A stretch of DNA of 32,000 bases, from positions 1,740,001 through 1,772,000 of the forward strand of contig NC_000917.1 in the NCBI RefSeq assembly GCF_000008665.1, read 5' to 3'. This document shows, piece by piece, positions 1 through 9,849 of this stretch (within the stretch, counting starts at the first letter, position 1; each line of letters starts with the position of its first letter). Position numbers and translations under genes: made by a program. The notes beneath the pieces are model-generated. The model did not search any database. It was not told where the DNA came from and was given only the letters and a program-made list of their open reading frames with translations. The stretch is from Archaeoglobus fulgidus DSM 4304 (GTDB taxonomy: Archaea > Halobacteriota > Archaeoglobi > Archaeoglobales > Archaeoglobaceae).

Positions 1-1349
1 ATCCACTCCTTGAAGGCAGCGTTCGGATGGGAGAGCATCTTCATGAAGGTCTTAACGTAGTCCGCAGGTGGCTCGACCTCCTCGTGCAGCTCCTTCTCAG
101 GCTTTCTGGCAACGTAGGGACGGCAGTATTCAGGCCCTGAGGTGACGAACTCCGTGTCCATCTCGTAAATCTTGTAGCCTTTGTAGTAGATTCTGGTGAT
201 TTTTTCTGGAATCACCTTTCCAACGACAGTGGCTGGAACATCCCACTTCTGGAAGATGTAAAGAACTTCGTCTATGTGCTCCGGCCTGACTGTGAGCATC
301 ATCCTCTCCTGACTTTCGGAAATCCATATCTCCCAAGGGGCCATTCCCTCCTCCTTCAGCGGAACCTTGTCCAGATAAACCTCAGCCCCAAAACCAGCGG
401 CGAGGGCCATCTCCCCGATGACGCAGCTCAGCCCTCCTCCTCCCAAATCCTTCATTCCCGTCAGAAGGCCTTTCTCCACGACCTCAAGGCAGGCGTGGAT
501 GAGGGGCTCCTTCATTATAGGATTTCCCAGCTGCACCGCTCCCCTCGCCTCCTCCTCGCTCTTCTCGTCAAGCTCTGCTGATGCGAAAGTTACGCCGTGA
601 ATCCCATCCCTTCCCGTCTTGCCGCCAGCAAGCACGAAGAGGTCTCCAGCCCCTCCAGCACGGCTGTGGATGATTCTGTCCTTCCTCACTATGCCCACAC
701 ATCCCACATTAACAAGGCAGTTCGTCAGGTAGGAGTTGTCAAAAAACACCATTCCCGCAACCGTTGGAATTCCAACTCTGTTGCCGTAATCCCTTATCCC
801 CGCAACAACACCCTTAAGCAGGTAAAGGGGATGCTTCGTCCCCCTCGGCAGCTTCTCGTAGGGAGTGTCGAGATTCCCGAAAAAGAGGGGGTCTATTAGT
901 GCAATAGGCTGGGCACCCATGCAGAGGACGTCCCTCAAAATCCCTCCAATGCCTGTAGCAGCCCCGCCGTAGGGCTCTATTGCCGAGGGATGATTGTGAC
1001 TCTCAAAGGCCGTAACGTAGGCATACTCATCATCAAACTCCACAACTCCAGCATCCTCCTCAATGGCGGAGATGACGTAATCAGCCTTAGAAGCTTCGAG
1101 AAGGTACTGCCTCAAATAATACTTCGAGCTCTTGTAGCAGCAGTGCTCGCTCCATGCTTGGGCAAGGCTCTGAAGCTCGATGTCGTAGGGATTTCTGCCC
1201 TTCTGGCGGAAGTAATCCTGAATGCGCTTCATCTCGTCAACGCTCAAAGCTAAGCCCATCTCCTCGCTGATTTTCGCCAGCTCCTCTTCACTGGCATCGA
1301 GAATCTCAACCTCGTAAAGCTCGAAGGGAACGTCAACCTTCCTGTACAT
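1..1349 (-). CDS. purL: Phosphoribosylformylglycinamidine synthase II (PurL), partial; C-terminus lies beyond the window edge
   Basis: Complement reads [36 protein letters not shown]... then [56 protein letters not shown] and [21 protein letters not shown], all typical PurL motifs. Open to position 1. Confidence 0.96.
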
Positions 1350-1353
1350 ACTC

Positions 1354-1596
1354 TCACTCTCTCCAGACTATGCTGTACTTCTGAATTACAGGGTTGGCGA
1401 GGAGCTTCTCGCACATCTCGGCAATCTCCCTCTCCGCCTCCTCCCTGCTTCTCGCTTCGATGTCAATTCGAAAAACCTTCACGGTTGAGACCTTCTTAAC
1501 CCTCTTAAAGCCAAGCAGCCTTAGAGCTTTGAGCGTCGCCTCACCTTCAGGGTCAGCAACGCCCTCCTTGAGCTCGATGTAAACGTCTGCAATCAT
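1354..1596 (-). CDS. purS: Phosphoribosylformylglycinamidine synthase subunit PurS (80 aa, using internal [15 protein letters not shown])
   Basis: [46 protein letters not shown]... matches the small PurS fold and lies immediately upstream of purL on the same strand. The track start at 1668 looks over-extended. Confidence 0.9.
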
Positions 1597-1758
1597 GGTT
1601 GTTTTTTGCTCATGCTCTTTAAAAATCAAGCGATTCGGTGTATGATGATAGTGTATGATGGTACTCACAATAATCTGAAGGATAAAATTTATAAGTAAAA
1701 AAATTTTACTAAAATAAAAATTGAGGATAGCTTGCTGTTCTCAACTAAGGGTGGTTGA

Positions 1759-4700
1759 ATGAGGTAGTTAATTCCGTTAACCTTGCTGGTATTAGTTATG
1801 GCCACAGCCTCAGCCGACACCCTATGCAGTCAGCAGGAAGATGAGAGCTGGGGAAACCTGATGCTGCACGGCTTTCAGGTTGAAGCCTACAAGCCCGTTA
1901 GGGTTGGCGATAAGGTTTGCTACTCCTTCTATCTGAAGAACACAGGCAGCAGCGATGTAACGCTGGGGAAAAAGGGAGTCTACCTCCACACCAACGACGG
2001 CGATTTGAGCAGTAACTCAGGAGCTACCATCAGCCCGGGGAAGTCCATTTTTGTGAAAGACTGCTTTATAGCCTCATCATCTGGAGAGTGGACAACCTAT
2101 CCGGGCGTATGCATAATCACTGCCAAAGGAGAGTTCTGCCACAACTTCGAGACATCATGCACCTTTGACGTCTTCATCGAGTGCCCAGAAAACTGGAACT
2201 GCATGACTGCCGAAGATGCTTCTCAGGGCAACTATATTCGCTACTCTGACGAGCTTTGCGGTTACACCATCACCGGCTTCACAGCAATGAACAAGGTCCG
2301 ATGTACTGCTACAGAGAAGCTTCTGAATGCCCTGCAGGCACTCGGTGTGTAACTCAGGGAGAAGCTGAGAAAAACGGGATGATTCCAACAGGGATTTTCT
2401 GTGATTACCAGAATGGGCAGGAGATGTACTGCTACTCCGAAGGAAAGCCTGATTTAGTCATAAGCGACGTCTGGGCTTACAACACCACTCCCGGAGTTTA
2501 CTCCGAGCTTAGAGCTCTCGTTTACAACCACGGGCATGGTTATGCAGGAAAGTTCAGCGTTGCCTTTTTCATTGATGGCAGCTACGTTGGAGAGGTTGAG
2601 GTTAACGGTCTTGGTGCCAACGAGAACACGGTTGCAAGGATCAGCTACCCCCATCCATGTGAGGGAGAGACAGACACCTTTGCTGCTCAGGTTGACTACC
2701 ACAATGAAGTGGATGAAGAAAATGAGAACGACAACTACCACGAAAGCCCCCGCATCTTCCAGTGCAGTGGGGGAGAGATGCCCAACTTAGAAGTTGTTGA
2801 GGCTTATATTGACTATCAGGACTTCTGCAGAGCCCTCAACTACAGAAACAGCTCCATTGTCGTTGTCGTTGCAAACACGGGAGAGCAGGCATCTCCTCAA
2901 ACGGGCGGATGGATTTACATTGACGGTAATTCGAGAGGAGGCTTTGACATCCCCTCACTCCAGCCGGGTGAAGAAACCACCATCTCGATGAACTTCCCGT
3001 ATATGTGTGAGGGGAGCAGCGACGAGATCAGGGTTGTGGTTGACAGCAGAAACTACGTGGTTGAGAGCAATGAGAACGACAATGAGTATACATTCATAAC
3101 AGACTGCATACCAATGCCCTCAGGAACTGCTGATCTGGTGGTGAGCTATTTAGAGACACATGTTGTTGAGGAACTTCTGGCTGGTGGGCTGAGCTACCCC
3201 CTGAAGTCGGAAATAAACTACACCGTAGAGAATCTCGGAGAGGATTACTCCTGCAACGCAGAAGTGGGGCTGTTTATAGATGGCGTTTTTCAGGGTCAGC
3301 AATACCTTCCACCACTGGCTCCGGGAGACTCAATCACGAGGACTTTTATTGCGAAATACGACTGGGAGAGGTGCAGCGGAATAAGTGACACGCTGACTTT
3401 GAAGGCTGACGTCAACAACGACGTGGCCGAGTCAAATGAGAACAACAACGAGAGGAGCGTTACGCTCTACTGCATTGAATATCCCCTGATTAAGCCTGAC
3501 CTCACGGTGGAAGACGTGTGGATTGAAGGAGAGGGGGCATCCAACTTGGACATAGTTTTCACGGTCAAAAACATCGGCTTGGCTGCAAGCAGAGCGACAA
3601 ATGCGTATGTTGGGGTGAACTACAACCCCGCAGGAAGCACTCCCATCCCTCCACTCAACGCTGGAGAGAGTGTTGAACTCAGAATTTCAGGATTCACCGC
3701 CCAGTGGCAGGAGAACACCATTGAGGTGTGTGCGGACAGCGGAAATCTTGTTGATGAGATTCCCAATGAGATGAACAACTGCCTGACCAAAACGATTACC
3801 ATCGAGGACGTTGGTTGCTATGATGGAGTGAGGAACAGAGATGAGGTCGGTGTGGATTGTGGCGGATATTACTGTGTTCCTGCGGCTTTGTTGAGGTTAA
3901 AGGGAGATTGCTCTATCAGGATGACGATGGCAGCTGGCTTCCAGTGAAGCTGACGAAGATCAGAACTGAAGGAGACTTTAACTGGGGGCCATTTCTGACC
4001 GACAGCGATGGTTACTTCACCATTCCAATCCCAGACAGCCAAGCAGGCAAGAAATTCAGGATCAGGATTGAGCCATGGGATATAAACTACGCTGCAAGAA
4101 TTGCAAGGGATCTGGATCGGTGCAACGAGTACGTGTGGTTCCTTTCGGACGAGATTACTGTGCCAGATCACGGAAGGCTGGATCTGGGTGAGCTAAGGAT
4201 AGGTAAAGATGCCAACTACGACTTCACTGCCTACTGGCAGGAAAAGAGGCACACCTGCCTTTTCGGTCTCTGCGCCTGTGGGGGTTCGGTACATGTAATT
4301 CAGGGAGGGTCAGTTTATCTGAACATTGCCGACGCCCTGCTTGCAGCCAGAGCCTATGCGGACCTTCACAGGAGCGACGATGACGGTATAGGAAGAGTGG
4401 ACGTTCAGTATCCTGACAGCGACTGGAGCAACTACGACCAAACCTGGGATGAGATAACGCTTACAACGAATCACGGATTTTTGGATGGAGTTGCCATCCA
4501 CGAGTACGGGCACTTCCTCGAAGACCACATAAGCGAGGAAGACATATATGTTGGTAACACTTCCCACACCTTCTGCGACGACAAGGACGATACGGAATTT
4601 GCGTGGAGTGAAGGGTTTGCAGAATACTACGGGACTTTCATAGTGGCAATAAACGACCACCTCTCGCATCCGGACATAAGTTTCGGTACAATCGAGAATC

Positions 4701-4981
4701 CGGGTTGCAGCAAATTTGATGACGATATAGAAGCCACAGTTGCCGCAGTTCTCTGGGACATGGTTGACAACAGCAGCTTTCCAGACTACAATGCAAGCGA
4801 ATCATTCGATACGGTTGGAGGGCTCGACGATGTTATCTTCAAGATGTTCGACAGTGAGCTCGACCACTGGCACGATGCTCCTGACCTATGTGAAATGCAT
4901 GGCAATCTCGACCATCGGCTTGATTCAACTACGTTGAACAAAGTGGAGCGGATTTTTGAGCATTACAATGCGTGCAGGTGA
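1759..4981 (+). pseudogene. Disrupted gene for an exported multidomain metalloprotease: signal peptide, N-domain, Cys-rich unit, four CARDB-like repeats, CYDGVRNRDEVGVDCGG hinge, transthyretin-like domain, HEYGH zinc protease
   Basis: Three ORFs (1783-2352, 2256-3947, 3857-4981) in three frames join into one protein homologous to the intact gene at 5815-9081. ATG1759 has an upstream GGTGG but codon 3 is TAG. Restoring one base at each of two junctions (about 2293-2301 and 3876-3883) gives 3225 nt, or 1075 codons. AIHEYGHFLEDH and a downstream EGFAEYYG support a zinc metalloprotease. Confidence 0.8.
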
Positions 4982-4985
4982 TAGT

Positions 4986-5678
4986 ATGAGGTGGATACTG
5001 CTTGTTTTGGTGATTCTGCTGGCCTCTTCAATCCCCCTCTGCTCACAGCCGGGCCAACCTGAGAGTGGACAGGAGAGCCAGCCAGCTGCAACCCTCTACA
5101 ACGTTACGCTTGACAGCGGCTACTTTGATAAGCTAAAGGGGGTCATTGAGGGGGATACAACGCCAAAGGAGAAGGAGAAGGCAATACTGGAAATGGCGCA
5201 GATTGCAGTTATGCTCAACGACAGTGATAGGGCCATTGAATATCTGAAAGAGGTTGCAAGCACCTCCAAAGACCAGAATGTGGTTGCTGCTGCATATGCA
5301 GCTATAGATCTGATTAGGGATTACTATCCGCCCGAAGTGCTTGGAGAGCTTGCAGTTGACGTCGAAGGAGACCTCAAACCCGGCTCGACGGTGAATATTA
5401 CCGCAACCGTCAAGGCTTACTCCGACTGCGAGGGTATGGTCGGGATAAAAAGAGGGGTGCCGGAGGGAATGGAGCTTAAATCAAATATCCGCTATAAGTT
5501 CGAGATTTCCGCAGAGGAGACTAAGAAATTCACCTTTGTTGTAAAACCAGAGCAGAGCGATGAGTATGCATTGACCATTGCTCTATTCCTCGAAAAGAGT
5601 AGATTTGACTACCAGCAGGTGGAGCAGGAAATTGTGCTGAGAGTTGACGAGAGTGGAGGAGAAGTTGTTTACTATTAA
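4986..5678 (+). CDS. Small exported protein: signal peptide, helical/TPR-like region and C-terminal beta-sandwich-like region (230 aa)
   Basis: MRWILLVLVILLASSIPLCSQPGQPE signal-like N-terminus. Starts 4 nt after the stop of the preceding gene. ATG at 4986 preferred over the track start at 4956. Confidence 0.75.
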   Translation: MRWILLVLVILLASSIPLCSQPGQPESGQESQPAATLYNVTLDSGYFDKLKGVIEGDTTPKEKEKAILEMAQIAVMLNDSDRAIEYLKEVASTSKDQNVVAAAYAAIDLIRDYYPPEVLGELAVDVEGDLKPGSTVNITATVKAYSDCEGMVGIKRGVPEGMELKSNIRYKFEISAEETKKFTFVVKPEQSDEYALTIALFLEKSRFDYQQVEQEIVLRVDESGGEVVYY

Positions 5679-5814
5679 TCTTTTATTTATTTTTATCAAT
5701 GTATTAAAGTCAATGTGACTGTGTTAATGAGGGTTTTAAAGGCAAATTTTATAAAGTAATTCATCCCTTAAAAACTGTTGGAACGGCCCGACTGTTCTGA
5801 CCATCGGTGGTTTG

Positions 5815-8800
5815 ATGAAAAACTTGCTCAAAGCCTTGGTCATTTGCACCCTCATTTTCGCCTCAGTCGCCTCAGCCTCTGCTTCGCCCGTCTGCCAGCA
5901 GGAGAGAGAGGAGATCTGGAACTCTCTGCAGCTTTACGGCTTTTTGGTGGAGTCGAATCAGCCTGTCAAGGTCGGTGACACAGTTACCTACAAGTTCAAC
6001 CTCAGAAACACGGGAAAGGAGCCTGTAACCATCGGATTTGGTGGGGCTTACCTCAAGAGTAGCGATGGACAAATTTACAGATTTCACGCAAAAGAGGTGA
6101 TTGAGCCATCAGGAGCATTGACCGTCAGCTCAACGTTTGTTGCTGAGAACACCGGCCAGCTTTCCGTATCTCCCGGAGCGTGCATTTCTACATCTAAGGG
6201 CGACATCTGCCACGATTTCAGCAGCTGCACCTTCGACGTCTTCTTCGAGTGCCCTGCGGGGTGGAGCTGCATGGCTGCGGAGGAGGCTTCCGGGAGCTAC
6301 GTCAGGTATTCGGAAGAGGTTTGCGGATACAGCGTTTCCGGCTTGGCGGCAATGGTAAAGACGCCGAAGTACTGCTTCAGAGAGGTTCAGAGCTGTCCGG
6401 AAGGATGTGAGTGCCTGACCAAATCTGAGGCGGAGAAGCTGAAAATGGACCCGTGCGGAAAAATATTCTGCGGATACGAGAATGGACAGGAAAAATACTG
6501 CTACCGGCGTGGAGCTCCTGACTTTGAGGTTTTAAGCGTGGAAGTGGAGAGAAGCGAGGACTGCGAAAGGCTGGACTACAGGGAGAGCCCTGTCACATTT
6601 AAGGTGAGGAATTCCGGGGATGGGGCGAGCCCTACAGCGGAAGGGGAGCTTTACATTGACGGAACACTCCTTCAGACCTTCAGCATTCCACCCCTCCAGC
6701 CGGGAGAGGAAGAGCTGTTCAGCTTCAATTTTCAGGTCCTTTGTAGCAGAGAAAAGGACACAATCCGAGTTGTTGCGGACTCACAGAATACAGTTTTAGA
6801 ATCCACAGAGAGCAACAACGAGGTGGAAGTTGAGTTATCCTGCCTTCCGTCTTCTGAGGGGGCGGATTTAACTGTCGTGAGGGTATGGAACGAGTCCTAC
6901 AACAACGAGCTGAGAGTTTACTACGAAATCAAAAACACGGGATATGGATATGCCTGCAGCTCTCAGGCGGGGCTTTTCGTTGATGGGGAGCTATTTGCAG
7001 TGGACGATGTCGGGCCTTTAAGTCCGAAAGAATCGAGAGAGGAGGCTTTCTACAGGAGATACAGCATTGAAAGTTGCACGGGCAACGTTTTCGAGGTCGT
7101 GGCGGATGTTGATGACAGCGTTTTAGAGCTTGATGAGGGTAACAACGCCTTCAGTGTTGTCTGGCTGTGCAGAGATTTTGTTCAGCAAAAGCCCGACCTT
7201 CAGGTGGGGGCGGTCTGGACTGAGGGGACGGGTAATTCAGACCTGACACTCCACATCCCGCTGCAGAACTTCGGCAAGGCGGAAAGCCCCCAGACCGAGG
7301 TGGTTGTTTATGAGAACGGGCAGCAGGTTGCAACTCTTCAGGTGTCATCCATTTCTCCGGGCGGGATAGAGACATACAGGCTTCTCCACTGGTCACCGCA
7401 GAGCAGTTCAACAACCATAACCGTTTGCATTGATGTCCAAAACGACGTGGATGAGGAAAGGGAGGACAACAACTGTGCCAGCAGGATACTTACCTTCACC
7501 TCCACCTGCAGCGATGGTGTGCAGAACGGGGATGAGGAAGGGATTGATTGCGGAGGGAGCTGTCTGCCATGCAACAGGTGCGACATGGCATCGCTGCCAT
7601 CTCGATTCGACTGGAGAGACTACACGGGACTTTCCGCTGTCAGGGATCAGGGGAGCTGCGGGTCTTGCTGGGCACATTCTGCCGTCGCAGCTCTGGAATC
7701 TGCACTCATTGTCGAATCGGGTGCAAGCTCAAGCATAGACCTCTCCGAGCAGCACCTTCTGAGCTGCGAGCAGGACTGTGAGGTGGGAATTGGTGACTGG
7801 TGCTGGGCGAGCAGCGGAGATTGTGATGGTGGCTGGCCCCACAAGGCTCTCAACTTCATCATAAACAACGGCGTTCCGGATGAGTCATGCTTTCCCTACA
7901 CCGCAACCAACGGGAACTGCGGGAGTAAGTGCGGTGACTGGGAGGACAGGACAGAGGGGGCAGTTTACAGGGGGAAGGTCAGCAGTAACGTTGAAGCCCT
8001 GAAAAGAGCCCTGATATGCCACGGACCCCTCTCGGTGGCTTCGGAGAACTGGGAGCACGCATTGCTTCTCGTAGGTTACGATGACCTGAGCACCATCTGC
8101 ACGCAGAAATACGGGAAATCAGGATGCTGGATACTCAAGAACAGCTGGGGAGTTTTCAGCGGTTTTTCGCATGACGTATGGCACGAGTATGGCTACGCCT
8201 ACATCCCATATTCGGGCTTTAAATACAGCGACATCAAAAACGGGGCCTACTACGTTATTCCATCGGACTACACTCTTCATGCCGACTTCGAGATGATGGA
8301 CGGCCTCGCTGCTGGGGATCTGGACGGAGACGGTATGGCTGAGATCGTGCACGCTGACAGAGGAGACCTGCTGCAGATTTTCAACCTTGGAGGGTTGCAG
8401 AGCAGTGAGCAGATGGATTTTGAAGAGGGAGACAGAATAGCCACTGGAGACGTGGATGGGGACGGAAGGATGGATGTCATACACGCCGACAGAGGGGATG
8501 AAGTTAGCATCCACTTCCAACCACCCGTTGGGGTTGTCAGCAGCTTTTACCTCGACTTCGAGGAGGGCGATGACATCGCAGCCGGAGACGTCAACGGAGA
8601 TGGCGTTGATGAGATTGTGCATGCAGACAGAGGGGATTTGATAAGTGTTCTCGGTGCCAGCGGCAATCAGGTTGCGAGCTTCCAGCTGAACTTCGAAGAG
8701 GGAGACAGAATCTGCGTTGGAGACGTTAATGGTGACGGAAAAGATGAGATAGTGCATGGAGACAGAGGTGACTGGGTGAGGGTTTACGACATGTATGGGA

Positions 8801-9081
8801 CAAAGCTGAGTGAGTTCCAGCTTGACTTCGAGCAGGGAGATGCGCTGCAATGCGGTGATTTGAATGGCGACGGCGTTGATGAGATTGTGCATGGAGACAG
8901 GGACGACTGGGTGAGGGTTTACAACATGCACGGTGCATTGCTGGGTGAGATGCGCTTTAACTTTGAATTCGGGGATGGGTTTGCTGTGGCTGATTTCAAC
9001 GGAGATGGTAAGGATGATATCATTCACGGAGACAGGGGAGATTCCTTCCACGTTGTAAAGGGAGAGAGGTGGTTTGAATGA
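5815..9081 (+). CDS. Exported papain-like (C1A) cysteine protease with N-terminal scaffold, Cys-rich unit, three CARDB-like repeats and C-terminal FG-GAP/VCBS-like repeats (1088 aa)
   Basis: Signal peptide MKNLLKALVICTLIFASVASASA. FDWRDYTGLSAVRDQGSCGSCWAHSAVAALE (Cys active site), NWEHALLLVGYDD (His) and GCWILKNSWG (Asn) give the papain signature. Six GDxNGDGxDEIVHxDRGD repeats follow. SD-like GGTGG lies upstream of the ATG. Confidence 0.92.
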   Translation: MKNLLKALVICTLIFASVASASASPVCQQEREEIWNSLQLYGFLVESNQPVKVGDTVTYKFNLRNTGKEPVTIGFGGAYLKSSDGQIYRFHAKEVIEPSGALTVSSTFVAENTGQLSVSPGACISTSKGDICHDFSSCTFDVFFECPAGWSCMAAEEASGSYVRYSEEVCGYSVSGLAAMVKTPKYCFREVQSCPEGCECLTKSEAEKLKMDPCGKIFCGYENGQEKYCYRRGAPDFEVLSVEVERSEDCERLDYRESPVTFKVRNSGDGASPTAEGELYIDGTLLQTFSIPPLQPGEEELFSFNFQVLCSREKDTIRVVADSQNTVLESTESNNEVEVELSCLPSSEGADLTVVRVWNESYNNELRVYYEIKNTGYGYACSSQAGLFVDGELFAVDDVGPLSPKESREEAFYRRYSIESCTGNVFEVVADVDDSVLELDEGNNAFSVVWLCRDFVQQKPDLQVGAVWTEGTGNSDLTLHIPLQNFGKAESPQTEVVVYENGQQVATLQVSSISPGGIETYRLLHWSPQSSSTTITVCIDVQNDVDEEREDNNCASRILTFTSTCSDGVQNGDEEGIDCGGSCLPCNRCDMASLPSRFDWRDYTGLSAVRDQGSCGSCWAHSAVAALESALIVESGASSSIDLSEQHLLSCEQDCEVGIGDWCWASSGDCDGGWPHKALNFIINNGVPDESCFPYTATNGNCGSKCGDWEDRTEGAVYRGKVSSNVEALKRALICHGPLSVASENWEHALLLVGYDDLSTICTQKYGKSGCWILKNSWGVFSGFSHDVWHEYGYAYIPYSGFKYSDIKNGAYYVIPSDYTLHADFEMMDGLAAGDLDGDGMAEIVHADRGDLLQIFNLGGLQSSEQMDFEEGDRIATGDVDGDGRMDVIHADRGDEVSIHFQPPVGVVSSFYLDFEEGDDIAAGDVNGDGVDEIVHADRGDLISVLGASGNQVASFQLNFEEGDRICVGDVNGDGKDEIVHGDRGDWVRVYDMYGTKLSEFQLDFEQGDALQCGDLNGDGVDEIVHGDRDDWVRVYNMHGALLGEMRFNFEFGDGFAVADFNGDGKDDIIHGDRGDSFHVVKGERWFE
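8290..9075 (+). repeat. Six tandem repeats of about 45 aa (about 135 bp) of FG-GAP/VCBS type, each with a Ca-binding-like DxDGDG/DxNGDG loop
   Basis: Repeating pattern ...FEEGDxIAxGDVNGDGxDEIVHGDRGDWVRVY..., read directly from the 5815-9081 ORF. Confidence 0.9.
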
Positions 9082-9716
9082 GGAGGGTTTTGCTCTGCTT
9101 TCTCACTCTAATCCTGCTGCTCCCAGCAGCCTCAGCCCTCAGAAATCCCTCTGCAGTCTACTGTGAGGCCATGGGCTATAATTACGTAATCTTCTCCTCC
9201 CCCTACGGTGACGTTGGCAAATGCGTCCTGCCCAACGGTGAAGCTGTGAATGCGTGGGACTTCTACAGGGGAGTGGTTGCGCTGGAATACAGCTACTGTG
9301 CAAAGCAGGGCTACGAGGCGAAGCATGTGGAGAGAGAGGACTGCAAGAGCTGCCTTGTTTGTGTTTTGCCAGACGGAAGGGAGGTGGAGGTTGCTGAGCT
9401 CATGGGCCTGAGCTTTGAGGAGACAACGTGTGGGGATGGAGTTTGCGGGATTCCTGAAAATTACTCATCCTGCCCTCAGGATTGCAGTTCCGGGGAGGAG
9501 GATGGATACTGTGATGCAGTAAAGGATGGTATTTGCGACCCTGACTGCACGAAGGGTGAAGATGCTGACTGTGCTGAGAATTTAGAGGGGGGTGCAACAA
9601 CAGTTACAGCCACCACAATTACTCCAAGCGAGGTGAAGAGAACTCCGGGGTTTGAGGCGCTGGAAGTGCTTGCAGCTTTAGCCTTGGTTCTTGCAGTGAG
9701 CAGAAGAAGGATTTAA
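9078..9716 (+). CDS. Exported Cys-rich protein with C-terminal PGF-CTERM-like sorting signal (212 aa)
   Basis: Signal peptide MRRVLLCFLTLILLLPAASA. TCGDGVCGIPENYSSCPQDC and ICDPDCTKGEDADC units. Thr-rich stretch, then TPGFEALEVLAALALVLAVSRRRI. Overlaps the upstream stop codon (ATGA). Confidence 0.85.
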   Translation: MRRVLLCFLTLILLLPAASALRNPSAVYCEAMGYNYVIFSSPYGDVGKCVLPNGEAVNAWDFYRGVVALEYSYCAKQGYEAKHVEREDCKSCLVCVLPDGREVEVAELMGLSFEETTCGDGVCGIPENYSSCPQDCSSGEEDGYCDAVKDGICDPDCTKGEDADCAENLEGGATTVTATTITPSEVKRTPGFEALEVLAALALVLAVSRRRI

Positions 9717-9840
9717 CTTTTCATTTTTTAAAATCAGTGGACTTTTAACAAGTTCACACGTTCCGAAGTTCGAAAATCATACTTTAGACTTCCCTAAACC
9801 TCCAATTTTCCATTAAAAGCCCACAAAACTTTTCGAAACC

Positions 9841-9849
9841 TATTTAAAG
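9841..9849 (+). promoter_or_regulatory. Candidate TATA box for the Cys-rich protein gene
   Basis: TATTTAAAG lies about 20-28 nt upstream of ATG 9869, with no purine-rich SD between. Confidence 0.5.

Noticed and set aside
1765-1767. TAG codon as possible pyrrolysine or recoding site
   Set aside because: It is at codon 3 of a signal peptide in a gene with two further lesions; no pyl machinery or context was seen. Nonsense mutation or shifted start is simpler.
2256-3947. Treating 2256-3947 and 3857-4981 as independent genes
   Set aside because: Their first residues are out of register with homology. Similarity to 5815-9081 runs continuously across the ORF boundaries, so they are parts of one disrupted gene.
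8119-9051. 310-aa minus-strand ORF with internal repeats
   Set aside because: It is the antisense shadow of the FG-GAP-like repeat region; its repeats mirror the sense repeats and it lacks any recognisable domain.
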